From contig JAAYJT010000031.1 in the NCBI GenBank assembly GCA_012522795.1, positions 9,398 to 73,397 of the forward strand: a stretch of DNA of 64,000 nt. Reading direction: 5' to 3'. This DNA comes from Bacteroidales bacterium (lineage in GTDB: Bacteria; Bacteroidota; Bacteroidia; Bacteroidales; JAAYJT01). The position numbers and the translations under genes are program-made. The notes below the pieces were generated by a model, which had not been told where the DNA came from, did not search any database, and was given only the letters and a program-made list of their open reading frames with translations. Position 1 is the stretch's first letter, and the number at the start of each line of letters is the position of its first letter. Of this stretch, positions 60,201-64,000 are shown piece by piece.

Positions 60201-63200
60201 TATATAAATAATAATATTTTTGAAGCTGGTGATCTGAGTTCTAACCAGGCTATTTATCTGATAAACAATTCAAATAAGTACAATAGTCCTTCTGTTACCG
60301 AGATTAAAAACAATCAGGTAAATGGAAGTATCACAAATACAGGTACCAATATGTCTTTTCACTGTTATACTAATAGCTATAGTACTGGAAGTGGCACCGA
60401 GTATATTTCGGGGAATATTTTTACAGATATCTCACTGTCAAACAGCTCAACTTTTTGGGGAATATCTGCTCAGGGAGCTTCAAATAGTGTTAAATATATT
60501 AATGACAATATAATTTCAGACATAAACGGTCAGCGCAATTTTTATGGCATCAGACAAAATTCATCATCTACCTTTTTTATATATGATAACACAATATCAG
60601 GCATAAGCAGCAACAATGAATTTGTTGAGTGCATTTCTTCTGGTTCTCCCAATGCAGTTATACATATCTATAATAATCTGATCACTGATATTACTGCAAA
60701 TACACAGTCAGGTAAAATAACAGGAATATACATATCTGGTGCATCTACTGCTTATATTTACAATAATTTTATTTCTGATCTAAAAACACCCTCCTCAGCT
60801 CGTAGTGACGCTATTACAGGAGCCTATTTATCATCAACGCAACTAAATTCTTTTATAGGTTTTTATTACAATACCATATACTTTAACGCTCAATCAACAG
60901 CCACAAGTTTTGGAACCACAGGTATTTTGCATGTTGCTAACAATACAAGTACAACAGGCTTACTGGATATGAGGAACAATATCATTGTTAATACATCAGA
61001 GGCAAAAGGCAATAATACCTACACTTCAGCTCTGAAACGAAGTAATTTTTACATAGAGAATTTTTCTGAGGCATCAAACAACAATATCTTGTATGCCGGT
61101 GAACCCGGGCCGAAAAATGTCATTTATCTTTATAGCAATATTACATTTAAGACTATTGATGATTATAAAGCTCACGTAGCACCACGCGAAAGTAACTCTT
61201 TTTCTGAAGACCCTCCTTTTGTCAATACCACGATAATCCCTTTTGATCTGCATCTTAAAACTGATGTGCCAACTCTGGCTGAAGGAGGAGGACAGCAAAT
61301 CAATACCCCCATAGCAATAACCGTAGATTACGATGGTGATCCCCGTTCCGGTACAAATCCGGATATTGGAGCAGACGAATTCGATGGAATTTCTAATTTC
61401 CTGGAGGATCCGGTGTCATTCACTGCCCTTTCTTTGGATTCACAATCAATTAAATTAGAGTTTGAATTAAACGCTGATTCAGATGACGTAGTAATAATAT
61501 TTAATAGTTCTGGAAATTTCACACAACCGGAAGGAGAACCTATAACCGGACAACAACTTGCAAATGGAGAGGTGCTGTATATTGGTAAAACTTCACCGGT
61601 TACACATTCGGGGTTAATATTGAATCAAACCGTCCACTACCGTGCCTTTTCATATACAGGCGCTATATACTCACAAGGACTCTCTGCAAGTGCAAAAACT
61701 TTTATTGGTGATGTAGCCAATTTTGAAGCAAAAGCTATTGATCAAAATAAAATCTACCTAAGCTGGGATCTTAATCCTGCTCAGAACGGAGTAATAATTG
61801 CAGCACATACAGGTGATTTTTCCTGGGTTCCCACACAAGGTGTAGTCTATAATGTAGGTTTTGAAATTCCCGGAGGCGGAAAAATCATATATAAAGGTTC
61901 ATCTCAGGAATTTGATCACACATCACTTACCCCATGGACACAGTATTACTACATATGTTTTTCGTATGATAGCTTCAATCATTATTCATCAGTTGAAGAA
62001 GCTAATGATATTACTCATTCCACGCCTGTTACATCATTTCCATATATCATGAATTTTGACGGAGTGTGGAACCATAACCCGCTAATGCCTGAAAACTGGA
62101 ATATTGTAGATAATGAAGAAGGTGGCATCTTTACATGGACCCGGGCAGTATCTCATTACAGGTCGGAACCAGCTTCTGCAGAAGGAGGTAGTTGGGGAAA
62201 TTGCGAAGATTATCTTATTTCACCACCATTTGTTTTACCGCAAAATGAGATATTGCTTAGCTGGTGGGATAAAACTACAAATTCTAATGCTCCTTCAAAA
62301 TATAAAGTACTGCTTTCTACTACCGATAAAGAAATTAGTTCCTTCACTACTGAATTGGGTGATTATGAGGTTATAAATACTGACTGGACCAAACATACAA
62401 TAAGTCTTGCTAATTATGTAGGACAAACCGTATATATTGCCTTTTATCATTATTACTCATGGTCTTTACTCGAATTCTTTGTTATTGATGATATAATACT
62501 TGAAACTGAGCTACCGGGAGCAGCTACACTAAAATGGCCTTTTGATAATTTAAAAACATTTAAGCATACAGTAGAGTTGGCATGGCACCCCCCTGTTTCC
62601 AGCTTTCCTGTTAATGGATATAAAGTATTTTTTGGAACCAGTCCTTCAACAATGACACAGATATATGACGGGCCAAATACAGAATATGAAATTCCGGATC
62701 TTAATTATGATAATGTGTACTACTGGAAAGTTGTACCATATAATAACGCTGGCAACGCCCTGAATGCACCGGTGTGGTCATTCAGCACAATTAAGCAAAA
62801 TCAATTGGCTGAAAGCTTTGAAACCCAACTGTTTCCTCCCGCTGGATGGGATTATAATGAAAATATTTTTCCGTATGCAAATTGGAAAATAGCAGTACTG
62901 AGAATGCATGGTCTGTTTTCAGCCGGCATTGAAACTTTCGGTTTGGATGCTAAGCTTCAGACTCCAATGCTTTCAATTGAAAATGGCAGCACTCTGTCAT
63001 TCTTTGCATGCACTTATACCAGCAGATACGGGACAATACAAGTTTATTATTCCTTGAACAAAGAAACCTGGTATCCTGTAGGTAGCGAAATAGTAATACA
63101 ACCAGGTGCATGGGCACAATATGATTTAGATCTAAGCAGCCTGCAAGGAGATGACTGCTACCTTGGAATCGTGGCATACCCCGGAGAATCATCTACAAAC

Positions 63201-64000
63201 CAGATTTTTATTGATCATATTATAGGTCCGGAAATTAAAATGGCGTTACCTCACGCTGCTACAAGACCAAAACCTGAAAATAATGCAACATGGATTGATC
63301 TAAGCCCCTCGTTAAGCTGGTTCCCTGGTAAAACCGGCGGAATTCCGTCAGGCTATAAAGTATATGTGGGAACAAACGGAGGTGGTACACAAACACCTGA
63401 TAATTTAATAAACGGAACCCTGGTTAGCTCTATGTTCTTTGATTTACCATCCCTACTTGCCAGCACACAATATTACTGGCAGATCATTCCCACCAATAGC
63501 ATTGGTGATGCCGTTAATTGCCCTATCTGGTCATTTGAAACTCTTGAGCCAAATTCTGTTCGGATTGGTTTTGGAAATGATGTTAGTTGGGGTCTACCAA
63601 TAGAACCGCTTTCTGGATATTCTTTTTCACAAACAATTTATACCCAACAAGAGATTAATATAAGTAACAAATGGATAAACAAAATTTATTATCAATGGCA
63701 TGGAGAACAGGAAGCAATCAATAGTAAAGACTGGGTAATATACATGGGGCACACAAACAAAAACAGATTTAATAATGGCAATAGCTGGGTGCCAGTTGAA
63801 GAAATGATAAAAGTTTTTGATGGAGTTGTTATTCTACCTCAAACACCTCAATGGATTGAAATCGTACTTGATCTGCCATTTAAATACAACAATGTTGACA
63901 ATCTGGCTATTGCCGTTGGGGAAACTACTCCATTCTGGGATGAAGAAGGATGGTTTTTGGGTACGGAAACAGCTGATATATATCGTTCGTTGAGTGATGG
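57255..64000 (+). CDS. giant secreted multidomain surface protein (at least 2248 aa, 3' truncated), likely T9SS cargo
   Basis: Absent from the ORF track, consistent with no stop inside the window. Manual translation gives signal peptide MKKKLTLTFAMLFCIIIAHA-Q, and the same frame was confirmed at 57960, 58281 and 63960. Contains Fn3-like, cleaved-adhesin-like, BNR-associated-N-like and beta-helix (DYDGDPR...PDIGADEF) segments. Confidence 0.88.
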   Translation, partial: MKKKLTLTFAMLFCIIIAHAQVAEYFFTQQQLTYTEITGGTVLWSNTFNDQISDPISIPSFTFNKTTYTSLYISANGFITFGAAPLPNNYLPISYLSTSYTGAISAFGCNLTQADQGTPEVRYQQVGNEFVIQWKDVGRYNTSSDIISFQIRLNTSNSNISIVYGGTINPGASSSQPQVGIRGENAQDYNSRRINSNTGDWINSSKSTNVSHTMYFHSSYPATVPSPGLTFSWFPLYNPSDFTAYAIDLNKVEVNWEKNLSNNNVLLVVHTSSYFFSAPENGTSYPVGSTTPDYATVIYSGENTSFQHIDLIPGTEYYYKIWSYDAALNYSTGVTTSCYTGFAIPYLQNFENYSVTPGWQGDMSRLNLHGTAESYALTKRINSVEGGYAITPVVGPVQNNHYLSFHYRIVDYYGYPELATTLEPGNKIDIKVSTNNGTTYNTIYTIDHTNHIASTNFSNKFFDLSSFNSSFIEIKFDVTWASGDYYFDLDNVLIESGANMSYSGAIVEQPNVSMAGIGVTNNEIIRLNVITNKLNNPLSVTSINFNTTGSSNANNDIAAAKVFYTTEPVFSTATQFGATQDNPSGAFTITGNLPLLGSNNYFWLAYDIKSTATPGNVVDAQCLKFVFTSPQTEKTPTKQNPAGNRKLGNPISGIKNIPGDFGSIAAAVNALNSHFIGEGGVTFQVAAGHTEQSTSDILLTASGTETRPIIFKKHGAGTNPLVTRTDAGTVNGYSAGSRGDGIIIIQGGDYITFDAIDVKAELPGIDYGYYLRKESPTDGCKHVTIKNCNITMNKGEVRLVSGIHLSNNGPTTDQVSITSPTGTHSFITFTGNTIKNVYFGIYMKGHSTYYDNDIVIGTELSPNTIQDFGSSSSFEAHGIYIENAHNTDVGYNNINNTAGGGTEFSYNGYGISNKNSIQGAINIHHNTITLKSKKSLFYGIYNTGTGTSKIESNTINLSNTETGAPSIYFISNNPQSASSSNLYINNNIFEAGDLSSNQAIYLINNSNKYNSPSVTEIKNNQVNGSITNTGTNMSFHCYTNSYSTGSGTEYISGNIFTDISLSNSSTFWGISAQGASNSVKYINDNIISDINGQRNFYGIRQNSSSTFFIYDNTISGISSNNEFVECISSGSPNAVIHIYNNLITDITANTQSGKITGIYISGASTAYIYNNFISDLKTPSSARSDAITGAYLSSTQLNSFIGFYYNTIYFNAQSTATSFGTTGILHVANNTSTTGLLDMRNNIIVNTSEAKGNNTYTSALKRSNFYIENFSEASNNNILYAGEPGPKNVIYLYSNITFKTIDDYKAHVAPRESNSFSEDPPFVNTTIIPFDLHLKTDVPTLAEGGGQQINTPIAITVDYDGDPRSGTNPDIGADEFDGISNFLEDPVSFTALSLDSQSIKLEFELNADSDDVVIIFNSSGNFTQPEGEPITGQQLANGEVLYIGKTSPVTHSGLILNQTVHYRAFSYTGAIYSQGLSASAKTFIGDVANFEAKAIDQNKIYLSWDLNPAQNGVIIAAHTGDFSWVPTQGVVYNVGFEIPGGGKIIYKGSSQEFDHTSLTPWTQYYYICFSYDSFNHYSSVEEANDITHSTPVTSFPYIMNFDGVWNHNPLMPENWNIVDNEEGGIFTWTRAVSHYRSEPASAEGGSWGNCEDYLISPPFVLPQNEILLSWWDKTTNSNAPSKYKVLLSTTDKEISSFTTELGDYEVINTDWTKHTISLANYVGQTVYIAFYHYYSWSLLEFFVIDDIILETELPGAATLKWPFDNLKTFKHTVELAWHPPVSSFPVNGYKVFFGTSPSTMTQIYDGPNTEYEIPDLNYDNVYYWKVVPYNNAGNALNAPVWSFSTIKQNQLAESFETQLFPPAGWDYNENIFPYANWKIAVLRMHGLFSAGIETFGLDAKLQTPMLSIENGSTLSFFACTYTSRYGTIQVYYSLNKETWYPVGSEIVIQPGAWAQYDLDLSSLQGDDCYLGIVAYPGESSTNQIFIDHIIGPEIKMALPHAATRPKPENNATWIDLSPSLSWFPGKTGGIPSGYKVYVGTNGGGTQTPDNLINGTLVSSMFFDLPSLLASTQYYWQIIPTNSIGDAVNCPIWSFETLEPNSVRIGFGNDVSWGLPIEPLSGYSFSQTIYTQQEINISNKWINKIYYQWHGEQEAINSKDWVIYMGHTNKNRFNNGNSWVPVEEMIKVFDGVVILPQTPQWIEIVLDLPFKYNNVDNLAIAVGETTPFWDEEGWFLGTETADIYRSLSD

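Noticed and set aside
510-63192. Many short (60-150 aa) ORFs in the track antisense to or overlapping long genes, e.g. 1671..2120, 3067..3492, 22306..22671, 42269..42712 and all ORFs within 57310..63192
   Set aside because: They lie within or largely overlap well-supported genes and have no recognisable motifs; shadow ORFs
1-64000. CRISPR array, tRNA/rRNA, integrase/transposase, prophage
   Set aside because: No regularly spaced repeats, cloverleaf or rRNA-like tracts, or recombinase/phage motifs seen

Overview
A 64-kb, AT-rich chromosomal segment from a Bacteroidota bacterium, probably an anaerobic Bacteroidales-like lineage. Evidence: TAnnTTTG promoters, gldF/gldG, T9SS plug-like gene, long NusB, Oar-type TonB-dependent receptor. 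Most of the window is housekeeping and envelope genes: gldFG-DUF4340, nusB-DUF1573-yajC-ybbR-coaE, rpsF-rpsR-rplI-trmH-like, M16 peptidase, upp, a complete nqrABCDEF-apbE operon, TBDR plus NPP phosphodiesterase, NlpC/P60, CPA2 antiporter, PgpH-like HD phosphodiesterase, an MFS-GH2-GH92 mannoside cluster, alpha-2-macroglobulin, miaA and a GT2. The ORF track misses a giant (at least 2248 aa) secreted multidomain adhesin-like protein from 57255 to the window end. I found no tRNA, rRNA, CRISPR array, integrase or transposase. Most interesting observations: (i) two distantly paralogous unknown lipoproteins, one acidic and one basic, flanking a permuted NlpC/P60 lipoprotein; (ii) a standalone protein fusing alphaCTD-like, sigma70-region-4 and two winged-helix modules; (iii) a 22-bp intergenic motif repeated 8 kb apart, whose inverted copies could form an invertible promoter toggling between the CPA2-NlpC/P60 operon and the PgpH-like gene; (iv) a 4-Cys NqrM-like mini-protein near nqr. 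All calls come from motif recognition by eye; no searches were run.
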